Program-made: the position numbers and the translations under genes
Shown: in pieces, positions 25,301 through 35,200 of the stretch
Layout: each line of letters opens with the position of its first letter
Position numbering within the stretch: position 1 is the stretch's first letter
Source: Yuukianura sp. NJ FZ-2021
Lineage: Eukaryota
NCBI GenBank assembly: GCA_046563655.1
Contig: CM102286.1
Span: 4,340,001 to 4,404,000, forward strand
Length of the DNA: 64,000 bases
Direction: 5' to 3'
Notes under the pieces: model-generated
What the model was told of the DNA's origin: nothing
Seen by the model: only the letters and a program-made list of their open reading frames with translations
The model's database searches: none

Positions 25301-25921
25301 GTCGTATGCCGAAGATTTCGTGCTGACCATGTCAACCAACTGATGGGATCTCTTCCATCAGCCCGTGTCATACCTTCCCGTGGATTCCAAGCAGTTGGAG
25401 TTGATTTCGCTGGGCCCTATACCATTCAAGTCACCAAGGACAGAGGCAGGAAGCAGTTCAAGACCTACATGTGTCTCTTCGTCTGTTTCTCTTCCAAGGC
25501 CATTCTTCTTGAGCCAGTCACAGAACTCTCGACTCCAGCATTTCTCGCAGCTCTCCGTCGGCACTTTATTCCACCAGGACCACCTCATCAGGGCGGCCTT
25601 TGGGAGGCGAGACTGACAAAACGGCAACATGCCACCCTGGCGTTCCAGCATTTCCGGCGACGTTGGAGTGCGGAGTACCTGACCTCATTGCAGCAACGTT
25701 ACAAATGGAAGAAGCAGACGGCCAGTGTGCAGGTTGGAGACTTAGTGCTGATCCGAGATGACCAACCTCCGCCTCTCAAGTGGAAACTGGCAAGGATCGC
25801 GGAAACTCACCCCGGCAGTGACGGACTGGTGCGAGTCGTCTCCCTGAAGACAGATACTGGAACCCTCCAACGCCTCATCTCGAAGATTGCTCATCTTTTT
25901 ACAACTCAACGATTAAGTTAG
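22385..25921 (+). CDS. BEL/Pao Gag-protease polyprotein with remnant RT and integrase (1178 aa)
   Basis: DUF1759-type Gag (KLPKVDLPTFDGKHEDWVSFRDLF); three Cys/His knuckles (CLCCSKERHPIYKC, CYSCLSPGHFTKEC, CRQCQKKHHTLLH); aspartic protease FLDSGAQ; RT remnant CVDD..LRKW; NPADCASRG; integrase HHCC, GVDFAGP and GGLWE; DUF5641-type C-terminus (WSAEYL...VGDLVL...DGLVRVV). Confidence 0.95.
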   Translation: MATGKQSTSGSGTSEGQLQEPPVLFEWAQFGLKATFDQIQDCYNKEFKDWKKVMSVDVPLKEMLITDLKIKFSSWEREVLLAMSVIRDDAALADCKSTISKGQDIITSCFRSLFVAKKSLEDAAAKVETAARASLPPASMNNTSVLNSSVSGATKTPSVKLPKVDLPTFDGKHEDWVSFRDLFSAIVVNNDDLSSVFKMSYLKSSLKGDAALQIRNYAVAEGQFEEAWQEVIKRYENTREIVLSLIRRIADAKSVTSDSATSLQRLIDTVTEALRSLKVLKRKVDDWDDLLVYVILEKLDMETRKEWGKVLPADNKMPKFKDLTDFLEVRIRSLQSISKVNSRHSDNHRVHHVTEGTPASKNCLCCSKERHPIYKCPDFNQQTIADRQKFVTHKRLCYSCLSPGHFTKECNSTSRCRQCQKKHHTLLHDTQRGENGSPSYNTAPPPITSSFVHGGTAFLPEASSAPATINSAIISGLSSSRPLLATAMVKAKNRHGTDSWVRVFLDSGAQGNLISEACVRRLGLPRSRNEPHIYGVGDTYVGQSKGVTPVSLTSHDGAYQFSVAALIMPKVTTPQPDHLLDTSTWSHLKELTLADPNFHTPGEVDMILDVSCFFALVTGQKIDGPPGTPSALSTRLGWIIGGSVSSQYAQVHVVRVHQVSLLDTLDIEGEGANYPLQAEALQTHSCVDDLQYSCPTIEEADDAQKELTALSESAKLDLRKWYSNSDAVQEIIPTESGKYVPSALNPADCASRGVTAAELLDHDMWWDRPPWLKLHTTALFQTPQKEISAKDFEEKKRNSFVPSRPPMSFFIATRLSKLKVRNRVVAFVLKFARNSSKPKSKRLTGQLTIQELRGALLIIIHQAQGEAYNSEFSQLGQQNGISHSSILLALNPFVDKETGLLRVGGRLQHSVLSDITKRQIILPAHHHVKKLIVENLHSDLLHAGFQLLWAELRRKYWIPRARNVVRTILRRCVVCRRFRADHVNQLMGSLPSARVIPSRGFQAVGVDFAGPYTIQVTKDRGRKQFKTYMCLFVCFSSKAILLEPVTELSTPAFLAALRRHFIPPGPPHQGGLWEARLTKRQHATLAFQHFRRRWSAEYLTSLQQRYKWKKQTASVQVGDLVLIRDDQPPPLKWKLARIAETHPGSDGLVRVVSLKTDTGTLQRLISKIAHLFTTQRLS

Positions 25922-26375
25922 GGTAAAAATATAACTTTTCTTGACCGCCACGGCAAGTCGTTAATTTTCTCAGACACTAGACCCTTAAGGCTATCTACCC
26001 ACCAAGTTTAAGAAAAATCGCTCGTGCATAGTCCTCTGGGTATTTCGTTAAACTTTTATTGTAAGGTCACATCTTAGATTATGTATAGTATAGTATAGTC
26101 TTAGAGCTAAGTCCTAGTATATGCTATAGTGTAAAAATTCGGTTTTTTCTTTCTCTCTAAATTTACTGACCCTACAAAAATTTGGCACCGCCACGGTACA
26201 ACGTTAATTTTCCCAGATAGTAGACACCTTAGGTTACCTTCCTGCAAAATTTCACAAAAATCCATCGTGCACAAGCTCCAGAGTAATTGGTTAAAATTTG
26301 CACAAAAATTTAATTTCTTTATTATCTAGTATAGGCCTATCTATAGGTATAGAGCTATCCTTTTCATTTGAGTTG
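25897..26375. mobile_element. Probable Helitron/Helentron-like non-autonomous insertion in the 3' end of the BEL element
   Basis: AT-rich block that differs in composition from the ORF; two diverged copies of a unit spaced 243 bp apart (ACCGCCACGG...CGTTAATTTTC.CAGA..TAGAC at 25944 and 26187); terminal hairpin TTTTTACAACTCAAC..AAGTTAGGGTAAAAA; CAACTCAA/TTGAGTTG at the two ends. Confidence 0.45.
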
Positions 26376-26442
26376 GTGGATCTCCATGACACCTGACGTC
26401 TGATTCCATAACGTTTTGATCCCTTAATTGAGCTCATCGCTC

Positions 26443-26455
26443 AATGGGGGCAGAA
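26443..26455 (+). promoter_or_regulatory. Polypurine tract
   Basis: AATGGGGGCAGAA immediately before the 3' LTR. Confidence 0.8.
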
Positions 26456-27021
26456 TGTTGAGGAATCAAGTGGAGATCCACAATCTCCCTTCCTCTTTGT
26501 ATGACCTCCACTTTAGGTTAAGTGAGTACACTTGTACTCATAGCGGTCTTCCGACTCCACTTGTCACCTTGAGAGAGGACGAAGTGTCAACCTCACCGGA
26601 GGTGACGTGGCCATTCTCAAGGAGATGAGTGGAGGCGGAATCGCCTAAAATCCTAGTTTAGTTTCAAGTTAAGTCTAAGTTGTCATCCAGCACTCGCTGC
26701 GATACCTTCCCTCTCTTCTCTTGCTCACTCGAGCCAATTGTTGTTTTTCTCCAGTAGTGGTCACTTGACCCTACTATTGTTCTAAAGTCTCTCTCCAGCA
26801 CTCGCTGTAATAGTTTCTCTCTCCTTTTGCTCACTCGAGCCAAAGTAATTGTTTATACTAATAGTGGTCACTTGACCCTATTATTGTTCTAAGTGTTCCC
26901 CACTCGGGTCAAGTGTAAGTTTGCCTTGTATTGTGCCCTCCTCCTTGGAAAGTGTGCTACAATAAAGGAAATCTCAAATCATCCAGTTTTTGCACATCAC
27001 TACATTCATCCACCCATTTCA
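26456..27021 (+). repeat. 3' LTR (566 bp)
   Basis: Direct repeat of the 5' LTR, followed by TSD TATAC. Confidence 0.97.
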
Positions 27022-30000
27022 TATACAGCAAGTGACAGACTGCAAATAGAACAAAACTTCTAACGATCCATGAATCATGGTCAATTGTAAAGGCAACAAA
27101 GGATTTAACCAACATGGATCCCACTACAATCAAGTATTCAAACTCAGACACTCATCCTCTTCACCAATGCTCATGCACACGCACACATCATTTCAAATTT
27201 CAAAACTAAAAGCAATATGTAGTCAGCGTGTCTCTTTAAATCCAGGAAGAATTAAAAGAAGTGCTTTTATCTTTATAAATTTAGCTTTAAAACTTGAACT
27301 TTTTTTAATTTTTTTTCATTTTAAATTTCATTGCAAACAAAAGCAGCACAGATCTCGTTTGGTCATTTTTTCGAAAGGTTATTTGAAATATTTTTAGGTC
27401 ATAAATGAGATTGAAGAAATCAATAATCCTAAAACGTATCCCAATATTGATCTTTTCGACATTATTTGAGTAGAGCAGCATTCTACAATGTGTGCCAAAA
27501 CAAAAGTGTTGTCGGTGGGATCCAAAAACCCATTACGCAACGACGGAAGTTCTAGTTCAAACAGGAGGCTTCTGGCATGAAATCTGACATCGCAGCTCAA
27601 CAGCTCAACCGCACATAAGTGAAAGCACTTTCGATGGAACAGGACCCAGAATTGACATTTTATGCAGAGCCAGATTTAACGATCATTAGTACAAAAGCCA
27701 AGCAACCCACTGAGATGGAACGGAAAAGGCAGACCATGATGAGAAAATCATTACGTACTTTTTTCATAACTTTTTAAATATAAAGCTGCAACAAATATTG
27801 CCTTGCTCACAAAGGTCAGGTCTGTACGTTTTTCTTTTAGAATTCCAAAAACTTTAGTAAAAGGCCGGGGTTAACTAGGATCGTGTTTTGTTACACTTTT
27901 GATATTTAAGAAGCTGTCTTCAAAAAATTGCAAATGAAAATTGATGTTATGGATCTGGAAAAAGCCGAATTTGGATTCCTACAACCCAGCTAAAATGTTG
28001 TATTTTGATCATAAAATCAAAACAACGCTTCCCACTTTTCCGATTGTGAAAATCACGGATTTGCGAAAGTAAGCTTTCAATCTTCATTACAAATTTTGAA
28101 CTTGACTTTTGTTATCTCTATGGTCTACTTTTTTAGTTTACTAACCATAACTTGAGTTGATCTCATCTCTCTTGTCGTGAAAACAGTTCTTGTTTTATTC
28201 CTTTTCCCAACACATTGAAAGTATAAAGAATATAACTTTCTCTTACTTTGAATTTATGAATTGTCCAAGAACATTTTGAATAATTTAAACATTAGCTCTG
28301 GCTACCTTTGAATTTTTCTTGACGAAATGAGTTTAGACTCATGCGAATTCTCCATGTCATTGACATTTGTGAAGATTATGTGCTTGGTAGTTTTGAAGGA
28401 GGGGAAGAAGCGGGTTAATTTGGAGCAGAGGGAGTTATTGGGTGGGCTGGGAATGGATCCTTTGGTTCCTACTTGGAGACATGCAGCTTCCAGATAAGGC
28501 TCTGGATATTGCCAGTAGCTGGATTTCTCCAGAGAACAATTCAAACAGCACAATTGCCCAGAAGCTACCCTGTTCCCAGTCAAAAGTCAAGGCTCAAGTT
28601 ACTAGTATCCCCAAAAGTAGCAATTCCATTCACGCGTTTTACTTTTGTTTCGATTCCTTTTACTTTCTATAAGCCCTTGGCCTATACTGGCGCAATTTCA
28701 TTGTTATATGATTGGAAGCTACTGTTGGAGTTTCAATGTTAACGCAAGGGTAAACACTGCAACTGCGACAAAATTTTGCGTTTTGGAGTTTTTTGACCTT
28801 ACGATTTTTTTTTTGAAAATGAAAATGAAATGCTGTAGGAATAACATGGAAAGGGCGAAATGTGACCCGGAAGAGTGGGTGGGGTGGAGCATTTGTCATT
28901 CCAGGCACATTTATGGTGGAAGGATCGTTGCAGGGAGTAAGTACTATTTATAATACTCGTAATCTTGGACCACAGAATTCGCATTGGACTGGTGTTGTAT
29001 TATTACCCGGATTTCGTACTAAAATCTGAACTTTGTAAACTCCCGCCAAAACTTCGGAACACTTATTTGCAGTTGCACAGGAGGTCTAAAATCCTTTACC
29101 ATTTTCAGTGGAACAAACCAAATATGCGAATTTTGTTAACAAGACAAATGTTTACTGCTTATGAACGATTATGAAATTCCTGGCTAATGTAAAACCGTGA
29201 CACACTCTGACTCTAATATAGAAAAGAAAGTAATATCGTAACCCAAATTTACATTGTACAAGACGTAACCTGAGATTTTTGCGGAGTGTAGTCAGCAAAG
29301 TTCTAAAACTGTTTTCTTGTTTCTTCAAACTTTTGTTTCCTTCTGAAGGAGCAAAGTTTTTAGAATTGAAATGTTTGTTTGTTGCCCTAGATAAACTGAA
29401 TAGAGAAAGTCAAATTTTTTGGAAAAGCGAGAAGGAAAAGTTGTGAAAGTTCATGAAAGAAAACCAAAGGAGCAAGAGAACTGAATAGATTCATCAGCTT
29501 CCTTTGTGTGGGAATTTTCTGTTTTTTTTACTAAACAAAATAAAAAGTTTACTACACCCTAACCTTTCTCCTTACACTTATCGTAAGTCTGGCGACATTC
29601 CTTTAGCAGGGCAAGCCAAAATCATAAAAATTGCTTCAAAAATTTTCAATTTTAGCTGAGATTTTTTTGACTGTTTTTTCTTTTGCTTAGGGTGGACACA
29701 AAAATAGTCCGTTTTTCGACACTTACATGCATTGTTTCGTTATCACTTCGCGTCATCACTGTCACATCGTATCTTCTCCCCCTCCCTTCAGTCCAGTGCT
29801 CATCCTTAATGATTCCAGCATTACAAGCCATATTTACTTTCAAATTCTCCCGCTATCCCGTCTTCAATCTTTTCTATTCCTCCATTGTCTTTCAAACAAT
29901 AACTTTTCCATTTCTCCAAACCTTAGGAGGGAGCATATGCATGACAAAGAAAACGAAGAAGGGGACAAAAGTGGATTCCTGTGTAATAATCGTTGTAAAT

Positions 30001-32189
30001 TCATGAAAACGCATAGTACCAAAAGTTTTTACAATTCCGAGTAAAGATGATAATTATTGAGGCGCATCAAGAGTCCTAAGAAAACCCAAGGAACAAGTCT
30101 CTCTGGGGTTGAGGAAAAGTATTCTTTCTTTAATTAAAACACATTTGTCATTTTTAGTTACAAACACTCCTGCTGCGCACACTAGGACACAAGACACTTC
30201 AAGACTTTGTACAAGATGCGTAACTATTTTTGGCCAAACATTTTCTACTTTCAGTCCTCTCACCTTTGACGTGGCGAAAATTAAACCTGAACTTAGAAAA
30301 ATCTTAACATTGCTGCACAGAGTTTCAAGAACGCAGGAGAGCGTTTATTCTAAAGCGCTAAATATTCTGAAGCGCTCTTCATGTCTCTGTGCTTTTTCCG
30401 TTTATTAAAAAAGAAACTAATAAAAAATGTTAGAAAAAAGTCAGCGTTTTGGTTTGTATTTAAAAGTGAACGGAGCCTTTTTTCTTGCTTAAGTGTAAAA
30501 AAAAGTTTTAAATGTGAATTTATTTATATTAAATCAATTTATCAAATTTTCCTTGGACACATCAATTTTTAGATAGTGTGTGCCTCAGGATCAGCATGTT
30601 GTCAACCCAATTCTGAAATGTGACGCATGAGCACTGCCTGGGTGGTTTCCGCCATTAGGATTTGAAATGATGTTCACAGGGGAGAACAAGCATAGAAATG
30701 TATAATAACACACGTATGCACCACAAATGAACGCTTTTAGAATCATTGTTTTCATCCATAGTGGTTTTTTAGTTTTCCGATTTTATCTTTAAAAAAACAA
30801 TTGAAATGACGCTGTGCAGGACATTTTTAGAAATGACAATCACACTGCGCAAACGTCGAAGGGAGGTCGAGAAAACCACAGCGTTCTTCGTACTTAACCC
30901 GAAAAGTAATCTTCAGGCTTTTTTCGAAGACGGTTTTTGAAAAGTTTAAAAAAGTGAAACGTTGCAGTTCCTGTCACTTTTAAGAACCAGTTCTGGGATA
31001 TTTTTAGTAGATGATGATCATCGTAATGGACATTTAAGAAGTGTCATGCCTTTCAGTTTCAATTACACCCTTCACTACGTTTTGTTCAAGTTCTCATGCT
31101 GCATCAACATCCCTTCTTCACTGGACCAAACAGCACTTCCAGCATCCAGCATTTTCTTATTATAAAAGGAATCTACGTCTGACGCAAATTATTACTTGGA
31201 TTTTTCCTCTTATGTTCCACTTACTTTCACTTTTCTAGAAAAAAAATCTCTTTTTGAGTGCAAAACCGGGATTTGTGCGAATACGAATTTTTGGCTTCTG
31301 CTCTCTACCCGCAACAAATAATAATTCATCCCTAGACTTCCCAGAAGGCACAAATATTTCTTCGCTCACTTCCTCCATTTTATGACTTTTTCCTCTTTCT
31401 GAGGCTCTTCCAAAAGTTCCTGTGGATTCAGAGTACTTAGGAGCCTCTTTTCAAAAAATTGCAGCCATCTTTTGAAATTCCTGCAGTGGTAACAATGCTT
31501 ATTCTCTGAACGGGAAGTCTCTGGGCCAATGATGCATAAAAACTGTAATTCACTTTTTTGTGACGAATGATTGAAAGGACTTTTTTTGACAAAATTGTAA
31601 GTTACGAAGTGACATTAACTTATTTTCGTGGTTCTTTTTGAATGAAGACTCTGGATCGATACTTTCTATTAGACTTGACAACTGAATCAACGTCTTGGAA
31701 TTTTTTTTTCGAAAAAAAAGAGCAAAAATCAATTGTATTAATAATTCAAGAGCAATGGTTTGTCAACTGAGAAGAGCAAAGGGCCAATCAATTCCCAACT
31801 GCTAAGTCATCTTCAATTCATGTCCAACTCGTTTGGACAGAAGACAATCGAATTTTAGGAAAGAATAAGTCATTGCAATTGAAATTCTTATGTAGGTAAC
31901 TACTACAAAATTACCAAAGTATATATTTGCGATGGGCTTGGCATTTGGAGAGAAAAACGAAGAACAAAATTGTATAGATTTGCTGACCACGGATGCTACA
32001 AATAGAAATTTGTTCAAACCTTTTATATTGAAAGGCAAAAAAAAATTACCTCAAAGCATAAATTTTCCAACATTTGGAACTAAGACAAAAAAGTCACCTT
32101 CTTTTCTAAGAAAAAAACAATTTTGAGTAGCCCGAACGGCTGCATTTCTGTATTTGTACTCAATGTTTTGAAAGTTTTGTAATTTTGAG

Positions 32190-32259
32190 CAAGGCAACTA
32201 AACAAAAAGACACACGCGTTTTCTAGAAAGCGCGTGTTTGTTTATGTTTAGTTACCTTG
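32190..32259. repeat. 70-bp imperfect palindrome
   Basis: CAAGGCAACTAAACA...ACACGCG-TTTTCTAGAAAG-CGCGTGT...TGTTTAGTTACCTTG; arms are reverse complements with few mismatches. Confidence 0.8.
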
Positions 32260-35200
32260 ATTTTGAGGAAGTTCAAAATTCAGTTTTCATTTCAAATTCA
32301 GCCAAAAGTGCACGACAGTTTGACCTTTGCTTGGTGACCTTTCAGAGTCATATTCAGCTATCTCCTAATGTCATTAGTATTCATAAGGCTCACGTCCCAT
32401 TAAAATGAGCAGAGAGGGCTGGGAATGACTTACTATATGCTAGATTCGCGTGCCTGACCAAGTCAAAATACCCGTATCATCTTCCACGCCCCTTGTCATT
32501 CTGCACTCTAGCATTTAGTCGTTTGTAGATGACATTAAAGTTGAAACTGTTTTTGCTCCTAGTGACGGTGAATTGAATATGGAACTGCAGAGTTGCCAAA
32601 AAATGAAACTACATGTGTGGTTTCTCTTGCCAAAAACGATTGACATTTGGAAAGTAAGTGCAGACCCTAAACTGAAAGTGACTTGACTCGAGGTGTCAAA
32701 AGCTCTCTAATCGACTCCACTTCCTCGTTCCTCATCATATCTGTCGCTTACACGAAACCTAAAACTTTGTGCAAAAGTTTACTTGTGGTTTAATAGTTTA
32801 GTTCTGGAAGAATCCAAACTGTTTGTTGGCAAAATTCAAAATGGATACGGTCGAAATACGGAAATTTGTCCTCGGGTGGGCTTCCTGGAATATGGCAATC
32901 CTAGGCAATAATTTTGGAAAGGACCGCAATAAACTTTGTGAAAGTGGAAACTTTTGAAACTGAATTTGAAAAGTACCGGGATTTTGGTTTTTGGCTATTC
33001 ATTTTCAAAACGAGTCGTTTTTGGAGACTAGGAGGTTAGGAGTCGTTAGTGCTCGCAGTTTTTGTTTGTCAAAGTTGCATGATTTGTCATCACTACTTTT
33101 GCTAAAACTTTGTGACGCTTATCTCCATTCATAGAGCTTTGAGTGTCGTGCCAGGTCATAGTTACGGAGTCGTTTAGAGTAAATGGAATTTATGGGCTCA
33201 AGGGCTTTGTACTTTCTCTGAGGGAGAAAGCTGGAGTGTGGGCACTAGACTCTGTTTTGGTGGGAAAATTTGAATTAAACCAATCCAGAGAGTCGGCGGA
33301 CACGCGGGCGAAGGATTTCTGCTGCTCATGAACTTGAACAACCAACAGCACGGAAATACTTTTTTAGAAGGAAAATTTCTTTTTACCACCGACAACAGCT
33401 TCTGCTCTGACTTCCTGATTTAATGTATTGAGCCACTTGGAGTCAAGACAAGGAGAAAAGTGAAGTTTTGAAGTGAAATAAATAACCGTTAACAAAATAT
33501 ATGGGAGAAAAGCACGCCTTTCCCCTTCAGATTTTTAATGAAATCGAGCCACTTCCACCTACATTCACCACAGCATTCTGTGTTTGACTCTTCGAAATCA
33601 TGCCAACAAACCACAAATTCTAAAAAAAAATCGCTGCCCCTTCACCTAGATTTCATTAACTTTTTGGCATGAAAGTCAATAGTTACTTCCATAAAGTGTA
33701 ACCAAAAAAATCAATTCAACATTTCAACACGGCGCCAATTTCACCACTCTACACTTTGGGAAATCCACATTTCCGTGTTTTTAACGCATAGACTTATTGA
33801 TTGGCCAAAAAACAAATTGTTAACACGGTTTGATGAAACTCTCACAGACAAATTGGTTTGATGCTGAACACTATTTTGCATTACAAGCGAAACAGTTGAG
33901 CAAACCAATAAGTAGTTTAAAAACGTTCTTTTTAAAAAGAAATCTGTTACAAGGCGTGACAAATCGCCGGAAGTCGTGCAAAATAAGTCTAGCTATTTTA
34001 AAATCAAAATAAATTGAGTACGAAATTTTAGACCCCGTCCTCAGATGCGCCATTTTTCAAATAATGGCAAAACTACACTACGGCTTCATCAAAAAGTCCT
34101 TCAGAGTGGAACTGAAGTGAGGCGTTCAATCTGTTCAAGAATTCGGATGGGCTATTGAATTCAAACGCCAATGGATAATAGGAAGAAAAAAGTCGAAGAA
34201 AGACTGAGGCATCTTCGGAGTTGAAAGCGTTAGATTTAATAGGAAAGTCGTGACTCTCTCTCCTTTCTTCGTTTCAAGAGATTCCAATTTGTCAAAACTG
34301 AAAAAAGAGGAGCTAGCTGTTAGTCCTTGCGTCAAATTACGCTCCGCAGTGACGTTCCCCACTCACTCCACTTACGCTAGTAGTCCCCTTCAGTTGGCTA
34401 TTCTCTAATGAATGGCCATCCAAACACAAAATGGCCCCCCAAAGGCCTCACATCTTTCTTAATTTCGAGATCACTGGGCGTCGTTTTCGAACAAACACGT
34501 TTGTCAGCTTGCCGCTTCGTTACGATCGCTGAACAGGCCTGTCAAACTCCGTCTAATGAGCTGAATCATTCTCTAATAATGGCACTACCAGCAGTTTCAC
34601 AACAGAAATGCTTTGCCTTGTCGTACTGTGTTGAAAGCTAAAGACATCTTTGGGTGCAAAAGAAGAAAAAACGACAAAGATAATAATAGACTTACTTTTT
34701 CATTTTGTCACGAACTGAAAGTGGAACAGGAAACTTGTCGGAAGCCAGATGATAGACAATCCAAATTTTGAAATTTGAACAGAAATCCCAATTTTGTTAA
34801 TTACGACCCAAATTCAAATTTTGAAGGCACATCTTTCAAGAAATTTTTATACTCAATAATACCGTGCAAAATCTTATCACAAAGTGAATTTTCCTCCTGC
34901 TGTTTTTATATTGTTCAACTAAAGTTTACGAAAACGGCACCTCTTTCAATAGATCTTTTCTCGTTTGAATTTGCACCCTGCTGAGCATGCCAAACGTTTT
35001 TAGCATGGTAATTTTTTCTAATTTACTAGTTTCACGAAACTGTTTCTAAAAGGATGAGAAAATTGCTGAACAAAAGAAATTTCTGGTTAAATTTTGGCAA
35101 AAGACGGCAGTCTTGGCGAGATCTTCCGTGTGGGAATGAGTTAAAGTTTGGGTAAAGTGGGAAGATGAAGAATTGCATTTTGAGTGTCACAGCTTGAGAT

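Larger units (their letters stand above)
21732..27021 (+). mobile_element. BEL/Pao LTR retrotransposon, internally deleted (non-autonomous), recent insertion
   Basis: TG...CA LTRs at 21732-22296 and 26456-27021; 5-bp TSD TATAC (21727-21731, 27022-27026); PBS and PPT present; Gag-protease-integrase-like ORF. Confidence 0.97.

Noticed and set aside
26428..26628. ORF at the 3' LTR as an env-like or accessory gene
   Set aside because: Short, non-ATG start, lies within LTR sequence, no motif.
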